DNA from: Octopus vulgaris
Taxonomy: Eukaryota
Direction of reading: 5' to 3'
Assembly (NCBI GenBank): GCA_951406725.2
Contig: OX597814.1
Span: 110,422,001 to 110,486,000, forward strand
DNA length: 64,000 bases
The notes beneath the pieces were generated by a model. That model was given only the letters and a program-made list of their open reading frames with translations. It did no database searches and was not told where the DNA came from. Shown piece by piece: positions 38,736 to 51,461 of this stretch; the first letter of the stretch is position 1; every line of letters starts with the position of its first letter. Position numbers and translations under genes: made by a program.

Positions 38736-41040
38736 CTTTAAGTGACACATATGACTGTAAAGAGAAGGATTTAGGTGCTTGTAGCATAAATGACAACTGG
38801 GAATCTATGAAACAAACTGCTTAGTGCAAATGATAAGACATGTAAACTAAGACAAAGTCCCAGCCAAGCCAAAAATAACATGGTAATGGAATGATACAGT
38901 TGATACAGCAACTGGTACTGTAGTTCTTTTTTGCTATTTATCTTTCTCACTACCTGAAATTTTTCCACTTCTTATCCATCTTTCATGTATGAATACTGTT
39001 CTCTCTATCCACACACTGCATTGACCTCACTACCACCAAGCCACCAAATTTTCTCTCCTTCTTCATTACTTGATTTCTCTCCTCTCCTCATACAACTACA
39101 CCAGCCTCTCCCCCACTACATACCATCTCTCACATCCTTTTCCTATCTACTGCATCATACTTACTATTCTACTATTCTCCTACCCCGCTTTTTTCTGTAC
39201 TGTCAGTTATCGCCCAGTTATCCCCCAAATTCACTCCTTATCCACCATTCACTACATCTGCTCTTCGACCCTACTCAATCTTTACTGCATTTGCATACCA
39301 CCCCCTCAGCAATTTTCCACTCTCACCCTAGTGTAGCTCTTTGGCTAGCCAACTCCTGTCAAACCAAGCTACTCATGCCAGCATGAAAGATGGATGTTAA
39401 ATGATGATAGTGATGACAGTGATGATGAACCTTCCATGCACTCTTGCATCCTCCACCCTCACTCTCAGTTCCTCTATCCCTACTCAGTTCTACTCACTTT
39501 GTACCTTGAAGGCTCACCCAAACACCTCATTACAACTATTTCCATCACGTTCCAGCTCCACTTGACCATTCCCACCCTCTCTTCTAGAATATAAGTAACT
39601 CATCTACAGCAAGAAACGTTTTCATGCTCTGGCTTCTCTCATACTTTAACCCCTCATCTCCAAGCATGAAGCACCCCTACACCCCTGAGGTTTGTAGTCA
39701 TACAAGCTGCATGGTGACCTCATTAGTTCTGATATGACAAAAAAGCACCCAGTATACACTGTAGAGTATTTGGCATTAGGAAGGGGCATCCAGCCATAGA
39801 GGCTATGCCAAAGTAAACTCTGGAGCATAATGAAGTCTTTGGATCCATCAGATCCGGGCAAACCACCCATCACAAACCAACAGGGAACATGGGCATTAAA
39901 TCATTATAATGATATACAAATCTGACCAAAACCTAAGTACAGAAAACAAATCTAAATATAGAAAACAGATAATTAAGAATATGATGTGGTTATCTGAACA
40001 TTAGAAAAATAGCTAGAATAATTATTTATTTTCAAACCTGCTAAGAAATTGTTAAAATATGGTGTGTAAACACATTATTTCTCAACATAATTTAAACTAT
40101 GTAAATACTACTATAACAAATAAGAATGTTTGAGAAAAAGAAATGCGACAAAATCCAATTAAAAAGAAACTATAGTCTCAAAATGTCGATCAAAGATTTC
40201 TGATATTGATAACAATTTACCAAGCATAGAAATGGTATATGCATTGAAGAAATAACAGATCCTTCTAGTTTATTATATATGTAGCATGGTCAGGGCAACA
40301 TGCCAAACAGGACATAAACTAGACTGTGTGCCAATAGTTCTTGAGGATAGTGAGTGTATTTTTCTGGAAACAAATAAGTTATTGATGATTTTCGTGTGTT
40401 TTTGATCATTGAACTGGTTATAAATATACTTACAGAAATAAATAGACACATAGTTGTTGCTTGATAGAAATAAGACCAAATGTTATATAACAAGTTAAAA
40501 TGATACAGTAGATCAATACCATACACATCATTAACAGAAGTAAATATTAAAATTGAAATAAATTAAACTATGTTTTGATCTAAGTACAGAATATTGGAAC
40601 CGAAACTTTGCTAATTCTGTGAAATGGATGTTTGGTGAAATATTTATCAAAAGTAACTTGTTTTTATCTCAAAACTTTTGCTTGTATCAATCTGGATTTT
40701 TAATAAATTCTTTCAAAATAAATTTTCAAATGCTCACAAGGATCCCTAAAAGTAGTCGACAGATTCCACTATCTAGCGATTTAATTAACAATGGAGACAA
40801 GTATTCCAAAAGTATAGTAGCCATGGTAATAATGGAGTGGAAAAAGTTAGGAAGCTCTTATCTCTTCTGACAATAAAGAAACTTGCATACAAAGGGCACT
40901 GATACATGTTAGCATGATATGGATACTGAATGAGAAGGATGATTGAGGGCTGGAAAGAAATAAACCCCTTCTGGATGTATATTGTTACTGTGTGCATGAA
41001 TGAGAGTACAAATGAAATGAAAGAATAAATAATAGGTATA

Positions 41041-42443
41041 AGAGGTCTGATCAAAAAGTATTGGGACTGGTACTACAAAAAGAAAACTACTGATCATCAA
41101 TTCAGCATTTAATCTCCTTCAAAGTAGTCCCCTTCGGAAGCCACACACTTAATCCAGTGTTGTTGTCAGTGTGCATACTCGACAGAGTGTAAGTACCTTG
41201 AGAGAAAAGTTGGACCTAAGAAGCATCAGATGTAGTCTGCAAGAGAGACGACTGCGCTGATATGGCCATGTAGTGAAAATGGATGAGGATAGCTGTGTGA
41301 AAAAGTGCCACACCCTAGCAGTTGAGGGAACCTGCAGAAGAGGTAGACCCAGGAAGACCTGGGATGAAGTGGTGAAGCACGACCTTTTAAACATTAGGCC
41401 TCACCGAGGCAATGACTAGTGACCAAGACTTTTGGAAATATGCTGTGCTTGAGAAGACCCGGCAAGCCAAGTGAGACCGTAACCAGCCCACTTATGCATA
41501 CCTTTCCTTCATTGGACACTAAACTCTGCTTGCAAAGACCTGTTGAGGCACGTGAAATCAAAATCAAATTCGATGACTGGCATCTGTGCTAGTGGAGCGC
41601 TAAGAGCACCATCCAAGCGTGATCGTTGCTAGAGCAGTTAACCGGCTTTCATGCTGGTGGCATGTAAAAAGCACCATTCAAGTGTGATCGTTACCAGCGT
41701 CGCCTTACTGGCACTTCTGCCTGAAAAAACATTCAAGCGAGATCGTTGCCAGTGCCACTGGACTGGCTCCTGTGCAGGTGGCACATAAAAAATACCATTT
41801 GAGCATGGCCATTGCCAGTACTGCCTGACTGGCCTTTGTGCCAGTGGAACATAAAAGCACCCACTACACTCTCAGAGTGGTTGGCATTAGGAAGGGCATT
41901 CAGCTGTAGAAACTTTGCCAGATCAAGACTGGAGCCTGGTGCAGGGCATCTGGTTCATCAGTCCACGGTCAAATTGTCCAACCTGTGCTAGCATGGAAAG
42001 CAGATGTTAAACAATGATGATGATGATGTTTCCATTGATGAAAGCATTCCTGGAATTCCATTTTTATAACATTCTCTTAGATTTCCTTAATGTCTTGAAA
42101 TCTTGCTGAGGTCTTTGACTATGAAAACTGAGCTTTGGTTTCAGAGTCATAGCCATAGACCCATGATTTGTCATCTGTTATAACTGTTTTCAAAAAGTTC
42201 TCATCTTCCTTGATGCAATCAAAGAGATCCTGCAAAGCTGAAACTCAATCCCTTTGAGATGATCACACTCTAAACACCAAACTTTCAAGCACTGCTATAA
42301 ACAAAAGAAGTGAGCAAGAACATTATAACTTAGTATGCATGTGCAATAGAGTCTAACATTGGTCTGTGCCAAGCAACTTCATTTCTGCATACTTTAGCTC
42401 TGATACCATAGCAAAAGTCCGAATACTTTCTGATCAGACCTTA
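41041..42443 (-). mobile_element. Internally deleted mariner with both TIRs, interrupted by an RTE insertion
   Basis: TA|AGAGGTCTGATCAAAAAGTATTGGGACT...AGTCCGAATACTTTCTGATCAGACCTTA|TA; minus strand reads VITDDKSWVYGYDSETKAQ, EFQECFHQW and WIKCVASEGDYFEGD*. Confidence 0.9.
41163..42027 (+). mobile_element. RTE 3' fragment nested in mariner
   Basis: RRLR*YGHVVKMDEDSCVKKC...RGRPRKTW, 3' UTR repeats, (GAT)n. Confidence 0.9.
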
Positions 42444-43034
42444 TATGTATAACATGCAAGAAAAAAGACTGATTGTCTGGACAGAAGATGAGAAAGACAT
42501 GGGAAGAAGTAGTGAAAGCTAATCTCAAGAGACTTAATTTCTATAAGAAGACAAAGGTCCACAACAAATAGCAACATGCTTTGCTAGAGAAAACCCAACA
42601 TACACAAGCATGAAGCAGATAATAATGATAACAATGATAACATTCTACACTTTTCTGTAATTCTCTTCTCTCTCTTCATGTGCCATACCTACAGGTATAA
42701 GTGATCATGGACCTACATGCCAAAGTCATAATATTTCTTGTGAAAGATACAATGGTTTCCAGTCACTTTCATCACATCTTTGGCGCTGTGTGATAGACAC
42801 TTAGAGACCAGCCCTTCTCCAAGCCTGTATGACATTGCCACAAGACTGTCTTGTCATTTTAGCCATAACTGAGACCCACGTCACGTACTACCATCCCAAG
42901 TAAGAGTGAATTTGGGAGGAGTGGTGACTAAGAGAATGTCATACTCCTTAAAACTATTGAACCCATAAGCTGGGGCTTCGTCACCAGATGCAGTTTAATG
43001 TCTTGCCAGGACATTCTGTTATTCACTCCACACA

Positions 43035-43390
43035 GAGAAGCTTGCTTCCCAACCACATGGTTCTGGATTCAGTCCCACTGCATCGCACTTTGACAAGTGT
43101 CTTCCACTATAGCCCCAGGCCAACCAAAGCCTTGAGTGAATTTGGTAGACAGAAACTGAAAGAATCCTACCATGTGTTTGTGTTCAGCTCCTACCACCAC
43201 TTGATAACCAGTGTTGGTTTGCTTACATCCCTGTATTTTAGGGGTTCAGCATAAGAGATTGATGGAATGAGTACCAGGCTTAAAAAATACTGAGGTCAAT
43301 TTGTTTGACTAAAACCCTTTAAGGCAGTGCCCAGGCTTGCCATAGTCCAATGACTGAAACATGTAAAAAAACAAGACAAAAGATAAAGAA
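43035..43390 (+). mobile_element. tRNA-derived SINE (major family, diverged)
   Basis: Collinear with 21514-21925. Confidence 0.8.
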
Positions 43391-43560
43391 ATAAAATAAA
43401 ATGAAAATACAAGAATTATACTCTCTATATTTAATATATACAATTAATAGTGTTGCTCTTTGAATCCATCTGGCATTTTAATATGTATAAAGAAAAAAAA
43501 AGTAAAAATAACAAACAAGGAATTCTATCAAAATCATTTTTAAAACTATGCAAAAGCTAC

Positions 43561-43609
43561 CTTTTTGGAATCATTTCATCTTCGTTGCTCTCAGTAATAT
43601 TTTCTGTAC
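43561..43609 (-). CDS. BRME1: BRME1-like gene coding exon 2 (49 nt)
   Basis: TTTTCATAAG acceptor (an in-frame alternative AG lies 6 nt downstream); AAG|GTAGCT donor; phase 1 to 2; encodes (C)TENITESNEDEMIPK(R). Confidence 0.7.
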
Positions 43610-43668
43610 CTTATGAAAATAAAACAAGAATTGACAATAAATATCAGTTAAGAAAGAATCATTTAAAA

Positions 43669-43947
43669 CAGTGGTTCCCAAAGCAGGCAGTATTGCCCCA
43701 CACCACTAGGGGCAGTGGAAAGTTTCAAGGGGTTGGCGAAAAAAAGTAAGGTGATAATGGAGTAGTAATTCATATAAAAACAACAAAATAATGGATTCGT
43801 TAGGTTAAGTTTTATTTGTGAAATACAGTTACTTTGAATTGGTTTCAGAAAGAGGTCTAGGTCTGTGATGGTTAGCTGGGGTGGGGGTGCTAGGAATGTG
43901 GCCTGGGTGTCAAGGGGCAGCAGCCTGGAAAAGTTTGGGAATTACTG
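43669..43947. mobile_element. hAT (Charlie-like) MITE
   Basis: CAGTGGTTCCCAAA...TTTGGGAATTACTG TIRs; 8-bp TSD ATTTAAAA/ATTTAAAG. Confidence 0.8.
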
Positions 43948-44559
43948 ATTTAAAGCATAGAATCAAAAATACCAACAAAACATCTTTTATTTATTTAAGT
44001 ACAGTTGGAAGTGAATCATGTTTACAGTTGGATAGCGTCAGAAAAATAAAAGGTTATAGTAGTAATAAAAAAAATATTAATTGGAAGTCAGAAAGTCGTA
44101 GGGATCAGGAAAATAGAGGTTATTGGAAAGTAATAGATAAAGGAAAATTATTTATTGCATTTTGGAGAGATAATTTTTATTGATTAGTTCAGAAGGTAAA
44201 GTTTTGTGCTTATTGCCTTTAAAGGCACCCCCAATGCAGTTTTAGAAAATAGGCAGTGGAAAAAAGTCCAGTATGTCAAATATTGAGAGAAAGGGCTGAG
44301 TGTTGTGATTAGCGTAGAACCTGAAGGGTGCACATAATATGGAAGGGACAAGTAAAATAGGAGTACTTGAGTGGAGGTGATATGAGATCAATCAGTATCA
44401 AGAAGCTGAAGACACTATTGTGGTAATAAAAAAAAAGGTGGGGATAGAGAGGTTAGAGAGGTACCAACAAACCTATGGGCCACAAATTGAAGTGTTGTTG
44501 GGGAGTGACTTTATGTCAATTTGGTAGATGGCCTTTTGGGGGGAATATGATCTACAATG

Positions 44560-44970
44560 AGCTAGAACATTACTGCCTTACAAGTCTTACTTGAGCTTTA
44601 TAGAAGGCTAGTAGTTTGGGACTGAGGTTTATTCTCTGGACCCAAAGCGGAAGACCAGTCTTTTGTGATGCAATCCTTGCTACGTTATGAATGCACACTT
44701 ACCAGAAGAGATATATCAGAAAGTAATCTAATTACGGCATATGCTAGATTAAAATCTATTGTAGAAAATGCTAACATAGGGAATTAGGTCGATGGTAGAC
44801 TATAGAGTAGCTTCCACCAAGTTTACCAAGCCAACTTTACTCAATATTTACATGAAACTGTCTATTCAATGAAGTTTTCTATGAAGAACGTTTCAGTCTC
44901 TCCTCATTGTTGATCTCTGGCAAGAATGAAGGTTCTAGCCATTGTAGGAGACCATCATCTGCATGATATC
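44560..44970 (-). mobile_element. Possible decayed Penelope-like fragment
   Basis: Minus strand has ..RLVFRFGS.. resembling a GIY-YIG C-terminus, and a degenerate CAGATGA...GAAACGTT hammerhead-like motif at about 44880-44965. Confidence 0.35.
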
Positions 44971-44992
44971 TTAAGAATCTTGAATATAGGAG

Positions 44993-45388
44993 CAGGCATA
45001 ACTGTGTGGCTAAAAAGCTTGCTTTGCGACCATGTGGCTTCATGTTTAGTTCTACTGTGCAACACTTTGGGCAAGTGTCTTATACCATAGCCCTGAGTTA
45101 ACCAAAGCCTTGTGAGTGAATTTGATAGATGGAAACTCTGTGGAAGCCTGTCATGTGTGTGTGTGTGCTTGTATCCTTATGCCCATATTTGTCTCCCCCA
45201 CCCTACACCTTAATGACTAATGTTGGTTTGTGCCCCTGTAACTTAGTGGTTCGGCATAAGAGACAGATAGCATAAGTCTCAAACTTAAAAAATAAGTACT
45301 GGGGTTGATTTGCTTGACTAAAACCCTTCAAGGTGGTGCCCTAGCATGGTTACATTTCAATGACTGAAACAAGCAAAAGATAAAAGAT
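44993..45388 (+). mobile_element. tRNA-derived SINE (major family, diverged)
   Basis: Collinear with 21514-21925. Confidence 0.8.
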
Positions 45389-47185
45389 ATTTTAAACAAG
45401 TTTAGCTGATTGGTGACTGGAGTTAAAATATATATAGTATATAATATATTTTAATAAATTTGAGATAAATGTTTTTGAAAGAGAGTATAGGAACAGTAGC
45501 AGAGAAGGATAATCGAGAATATGCTATTGGGACATCATCATGGCCTGAAGTTTAATTAGAGACATAGATAGATCAAGATAATTTATCAAAGGGGAACAGA
45601 ACTGTAAATGATTTGTTAAAGTTTTTATGCGTAAAAAGGATAAACTAGAGCAAAATGTTTATTTTTACTATCTGCAAAGCCCTGATAAAGCAGAACTATG
45701 GTCAATGGTGTTCCAGCTATTACCATCAGATCATTTAACATTAACTTATCTATTTTTTTGTTCCATGCTACATTTTGTCTTTAGGTGCCATATATTTACA
45801 TGCATACAATACCTGAAACAGAAGTTACCTCAAATAAGATAAAGCAATATGCATTGTTTCTTTTTCAGATAATGTAGTACAGGTCAAAGATTAAAGATTA
45901 ATATGGCTTTAAATCACTAAGAGAAATCGGTTTTAGATAACAATGCTTCCTTGTTCATCATCATTATCATTATTTAACATCCGTTTTCCATGTTGGCTTG
46001 GGTTGGACAATTTGACCAGAGCTGCACCAGGTTCCAGTCTGATTTGGCTGGATGTCCTTCCTAACACCAACCACTTTACAGTGTGTGCCAGGTGCTCTTA
46101 ATGTGAAACTAGCATGAGCACTTATACATGGCATCGGCACAAGTGCTTTTTACATGGTACTGACACTCTACTCCAATCCTTCTTCCCCGGGGGGGAGCAG
46201 CATGAACAATTCTGCTGTGGAGTATAGGTCTTCTTGAGTACAGCAAGGCAACAGGTATCTCAGTCCTTTGTCATCTCGTCCGAAAAAAATTATGCATGTG
46301 TGTGTGTGTATGTGTATTCTGTACGAAATGCAGAAGCAGTCCATGATCTTCTGACACCTCTACAAGGGCAGCAACTCCAGACGAAAATTAACCTCAACAA
46401 CGCCAACCTATCCAACCCACGCTAACATGAAAAACGGATATAAAATAATGACAACAATGAGGAGGATATAAAAACTATCATTGGCAGAATGCCACAACTT
46501 TGCAAAGGATTACAATAAATCGATTACTATAGATTATTACTTTTACATATTTTATCAATCCTCTTACAGGGTTGATATCTTAAGGCATTTTCTTCACACA
46601 AGAGTGAATCTAACAGGAATTTATTACCGCAATAACAACATTAACAGTTTAACAGATGCATGTACACCCACCCCAACCCCCGTAAACAAGATACAGAAAG
46701 ACAAGAAAGGGGACTGGTTGGACTACATTAAAGAATGGATATGGAAGATATTGGAAAACATGAAATTGGCTAACAGCGAAAGGTTGAGAGAAGACATTGC
46801 ATCTGTTGCTGCGCAATTACTACCAGCTTAGCTATGGATTTTGATTGACAACAGGGGAGACTACTTAATGACAACAAGTTCAAAGTGATCTTTCTTGTAT
46901 TTTTTAGCCGTGGGCCTTGTCATAATAATCAGAAGCTAATTCCCAACTATAATCCAAAATGTTTAATCGGGATAACAAAAACAGTAAAAAAAAAAAAAAA
47001 AGAAATTTCATAAGTTATTTAACTCATTATTTTCTCAGTTGTTTATGCTGATGTAGGGCGCAAGTAAAAATGTCATAATTCTATTTTAATTTCTAATTAT
47101 AAACAATTCTGTTCGTTTATGCTATCAATGTTGTCAAGAACAAAATGAATATTTCCCATTATATTTACCGACTTTAAATCTAGTA

Positions 47186-47229
<44 letters not shown>

Positions 47230-47499
47230 CAGTTTCATTTTTAAGTCTAGTAATATATACATATAAGTTTAAGTCTCTGTCTTTCTCCTGAATTTATATT
47301 AAAATTCCACAAGCACAAATGCTACAGCATCTTTAATTTTCCTGTTACTTGTTTTCCTCCTTATGATTTCATTTGTGCAATTTTTTTTTTAACAGTTAGC
47401 ATTTTCATACATTTGACAAAAAATTCAACACTCCCATACACTTTAGACACTGGCCATTAATTTGTGTTTAGATTATTATTATTATTATTATTATTATTA

Positions 47500-48055
47500 T
47501 TGAGTGAGAGAGCAGTGCCTAACATCAAAGTGACACTGGGGTAAAATATACAAAGCCCAGTATACCCATCATAACTACCTGTCTGATAAGGATACACTAG
47601 GCACATGCATCACAACCATATGTGCGCGACATGGTGATCTCATATCAAGATAAACAGCACATGACCTTGCAGGTGGGGCCCAGTTAGAATTTTCTTCTGA
47701 TCGAGTAAACCATCCTGCTCAAAAGGTCCCTGAATAAGGGTTGCTTAAGGATGTTGAATGAAACACCCATGTTTCCAGAGGTAAATAATTCAAACCCCAA
47801 AGAATCCCTCTCAACAAATGGCTATGATGCTCCCCCACTACTGCTCGTGATCAGAGATGCACATATCGTCAGCCACTAAGGGACATGCTCAACTGATTAA
47901 GGTCAAACAACTGACAAGCAAATCTGTGGTATTGAGCAAAATATTTGCTGTAGCCCATCTTTTATACCAAGACAAAACAATGTACATGATAACACTTCCA
48001 ATCAGTTAAGATCAAAAGCCATGAGAGCCACTGCCTGGTACTGCATCAGGGCATT
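47500..48055. mobile_element. Unclassified insertion flanked by (ATT)n on both sides
   Basis: GC-richer 555-bp block embedded in an (ATT)n microsatellite; family not recognised. Confidence 0.5.
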
Positions 48056-48765
48056 TATTATTATTATTATTAGATTATATTAATGTTTGGATAATAGGTA
48101 TTTTCAATATTGCTTTCAGATTTTGGCATAATGCTAGCAATTTGGGGGGAATGTAAGTCGATTACATCAACACCAGTGATCAACTGGCATTTATTTTACC
48201 GACCCTGAAAGGGATGAACAGACAAAGTCGACCTTTGCAGAATTTGAACTCAGAAAATAAAGACAGACGAAATGATGCTAAGCATTTTGCTTGGCATGCT
48301 AACAATTCTGCTTGCTCACCACCTTTGAGGTATTTTCAAGATTAAAGGACTCACCTACCCACCCACTCCACACACACAAACATAAACATGGCTGTATGAT
48401 TAAGAATTTTGCTTCCCAACCATGAGTAACATGTTAGGCAAGTGTCTCCTACTGTTGCTTTGGGTTGACCAAAAACTTATGAGTGGACATATTTCCCTAT
48501 AGCCATTATATATCTATGCTATCTCACACATACACACACATGTATATATGGATACACATGTCTATGTACCTATGTGTCTAGTTACCTGTGTGGGTTTTGT
48601 CATCACATTGGATGGTAATTGTAAACAAGCCTCACTGTCATACAGGTGGGGTTTGTAATAGTGAAATATTACCTTGCTTGGAAACAAGACTGGTGACAAG
48701 AAGGGCATCTGGACATATAAAATCTACCTCTACAATTTCCATCTGACCCACAATGATTATATATG

Positions 48766-48799
<34 letters not shown>

Positions 48800-48804
<5 letters not shown>

Positions 48805-48991
48805 ATCACTCAACTATCATGGGTGTTACATTCCAAAACACCCTGTGATAGGTGAAAATCTGAAGTAGAAACAGTGCTGTACGGTATATTTGTATATATT
48901 TTATTATAAATGCAAAACACCATGGAGGAATCAACATAAGCTTAAATAATAAGCCGCAATAGGTGAATCGCAATATGGTAAGGGATTACTG
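48800..48991. mobile_element. Tigger/pogo-like MITE, second copy
   Basis: Collinear with 4993-5193. Confidence 0.8.
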
Positions 48992-49636
48992 TATATATAC
49001 ACACACACATACATACATTCATACACACCAACACATATTATTCATTTGTACTTTTAACAAGCTTTTCCATGCTAGCATGTCTTGGAGGGGGTGGTAGTTG
49101 CAGGACAGTTTTTAAGGCCAGATGCTTTTCTGGGTGCCAAGCCTTGCCTGCTTTTTTAAATAGGGAATTTTTATTATTTTAGATGAAATTGAAAGTGCAG
49201 AAAATGTCAAAAGGTAACCAGTTATAGCCCAGCTATGAGGATGCCACTGTTTACAGCAGCAACTCAGTGCAGATTGTAAGCATTCATATAGACATATACA
49301 TAAATATATTCAATGGGCTTCTTTCAGCTTCCATCTACAAAATTCCCTGGTAAGTCACTAGTCACCCCAGGGCTATAGAATACACTTGCCCAAGATGCCA
49401 TGCAATGGGGCAAAACTTGAAGTTATGTAGCTGAGAAGCAAACTAGTCAATCACGTGGCTTCAGCCAACTACTACCCCTAACTTTGCATGTAACATTGCT
49501 ACTTCTAACTTGACTAAATTTTACCCAACTAATAACATTACCAGCTACAGTTGGAATTGTAATACTTCCAAATAATGCCCATTTAATTCTATTCTTTTAA
49601 CTAATATCATTTATAAGTGTATCATTACACCTCCTG

Positions 49637-50010
49637 TGGAGGTGCACTGGTCCAGTGGTTAGGGCAGCGGACTCGTGGTTGTAAGATCGCGGTTTCGATT
49701 CCCAGACTGGGCATTGTGAGTATTTATTGAGTGAAAACATCTAAAGCTCCACGAGGCTCCAGCAGGGGTTGGTGGCGAACCCTGCTGTACTCTTTCACTA
49801 CAACTGTCTCACTCTTTCTTCCTGTTTCTGTTGTATCTGTATTTCAAATGGCCAGCCTTATCACACTGTGTTACGCTGAAACTCCAAGAACTACGTTAAG
49901 GGTACACATGTCTGTGGAGTGCTCAGCCACTTGCACGTTAATTTCATGAGCAGACTGTTCCATTGATCGGATCAACTGGAAGCCTCGTTATTGTAACCAA
50001 TGGAGTACCA
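49637..50010 (+). mobile_element. tRNA-derived SINE (third family)
   Basis: TGGTCCAGTGGTTAGG A box and GGTTTCGATTCCC B box; head shared with 59859-60125 and, more loosely, 26590-26800 and 52550-52880. Confidence 0.75.
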
Positions 50011-50077
50011 CTAAAGATTACACCTAGCATCACTAAATTTCATATCTAATTCATTTAAAACAATATTTTATTTACAG

Positions 50078-50420
50078 ACGTGACTGTGTGGTAAGTTTGC
50101 TTCCCAACCACATAGTTCTGGGTTCAGTCCCACTGCATGCTACCTTGGGCAAGTGTCTTCTCTATTATAACCCTGGGCCAAACACAGAAAGAAGCCCGTT
50201 GTATATCTGTGTTGTTGTTGTTGTTTGTTCCCCACCACCACATAACCAGTGCTGGTTTATTTGTCCTCATAACTTAGTGGTTCAGCAAAAAAGACCAATA
50301 GAATAAGTACCAGGCTTAAAAAAGGAAAAAAATGTACTGGGATTAATTCAGTTTGCTCAACTAAACCCTTCAAGGCAGTGCCCCAGCATGGCTGCAGTCT
50401 TATGACAAACAAAATAGAAG
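50078..50420 (+). mobile_element. tRNA-derived SINE (major family)
   Basis: Collinear with 21514-21925, with a deletion. Confidence 0.75.
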
Positions 50421-51430
50421 ATTCTTTTAGGAATCCAAATAGAATATTCTTAACTTAAAGAAATAGAGCTTATATCAGGAAATGAAACGACAATGATATT
50501 CCTTTTAACATTAAAAGGAAAAAGACAAACAAATATTTTATAAAGATGTTTTATTAAATAAACATGTTGCTACACAACCACATGGTTCAGAGTTCAGCCC
50601 TACTGTGTGGCACCTCGGGCAAGTGTCTTCCTCTACAGCCATGTCAACCAAAGCCTTGTGAGTTGGTCTGGTAAAGGAAAATTGGAAGAAACCAGTCATA
50701 TGTGTGCATGTGTGAGAGAGAGAATGTGTTCCTGTCTTATGGCCACAAAGCCTTATGAGTGAATTTAATAGATGAAAATTGTGCGAATGTATGTGACAGT
50801 TGTAAATGAGTATCACCATCATGCAAGCAATATCCTTTGTTTTCAACTTTCTGTGAAAACATGTCCGGCTATGGGAAAATATTACCTTTTTTGGAAACAG
50901 GTAAGGATGGGCTGACAGGAAGAGCATTTGACCATACAAAATCTGCCTCAACAAATTCTGTCTAACCCATGCAAGTATGGAAAACTAGACATTAAAAGTA
51001 ATGATGATGTGCATCTTAAAGACTAATAATCTTCAATAAGAGCTGATACCATGAAGATTTTTTCTTTTAAAGTAAAAGCCACGTACAACTCAGCAATTCA
51101 TCAAATTTGGTATATAATATGTCATTATTACTCAAGGAAACTCAATCAATTGAAAGTGCTAAATTTAAATGGATCAGATAATTATTATTTCTGCTCTTTA
51201 CTATTATTGAGAGAATTACTATCAAGTAGAAACGGTATATATGTACTTTCTGGTCACATAGGGTTTTACTCTCTCTTAGATAAAGTTGTGAGTATTTAAA
51301 ATGTTGATTCAGTTCCACATTAAAGTTCTGTAGGAACTGTTTCAAAAACAACTGAGAACATGTTTTAATTATATATCCCATATATTTAGTTTAAATCTAT
51401 AACAATAAGCCTGGTTATTATTTTACTTAC

Positions 51431-51461
51431 ATGCATCGTTCTTTCTTTTCCTTATATCCAT
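51431..51461 (-). CDS. BRME1: BRME1-like gene first coding exon (exon spans 51431-51471; ATG at 51461)
   Basis: TTTTAG acceptor, AAAATGG start context, MDIRKRKNDA, GTAAGT donor; phase 1 matches exon 2. Confidence 0.72.

Noticed and set aside
45660-45812. Possible extra exon behind a TTTCAG acceptor at about 45813 (minus)
   Set aside because: The ATG-initiated frames stop quickly, no convincing donor was found, and it is not needed for frame continuity.
49637-49720. tRNA gene
   Set aside because: A/B boxes continue into a SINE body present in several diverged copies; no full cloverleaf.
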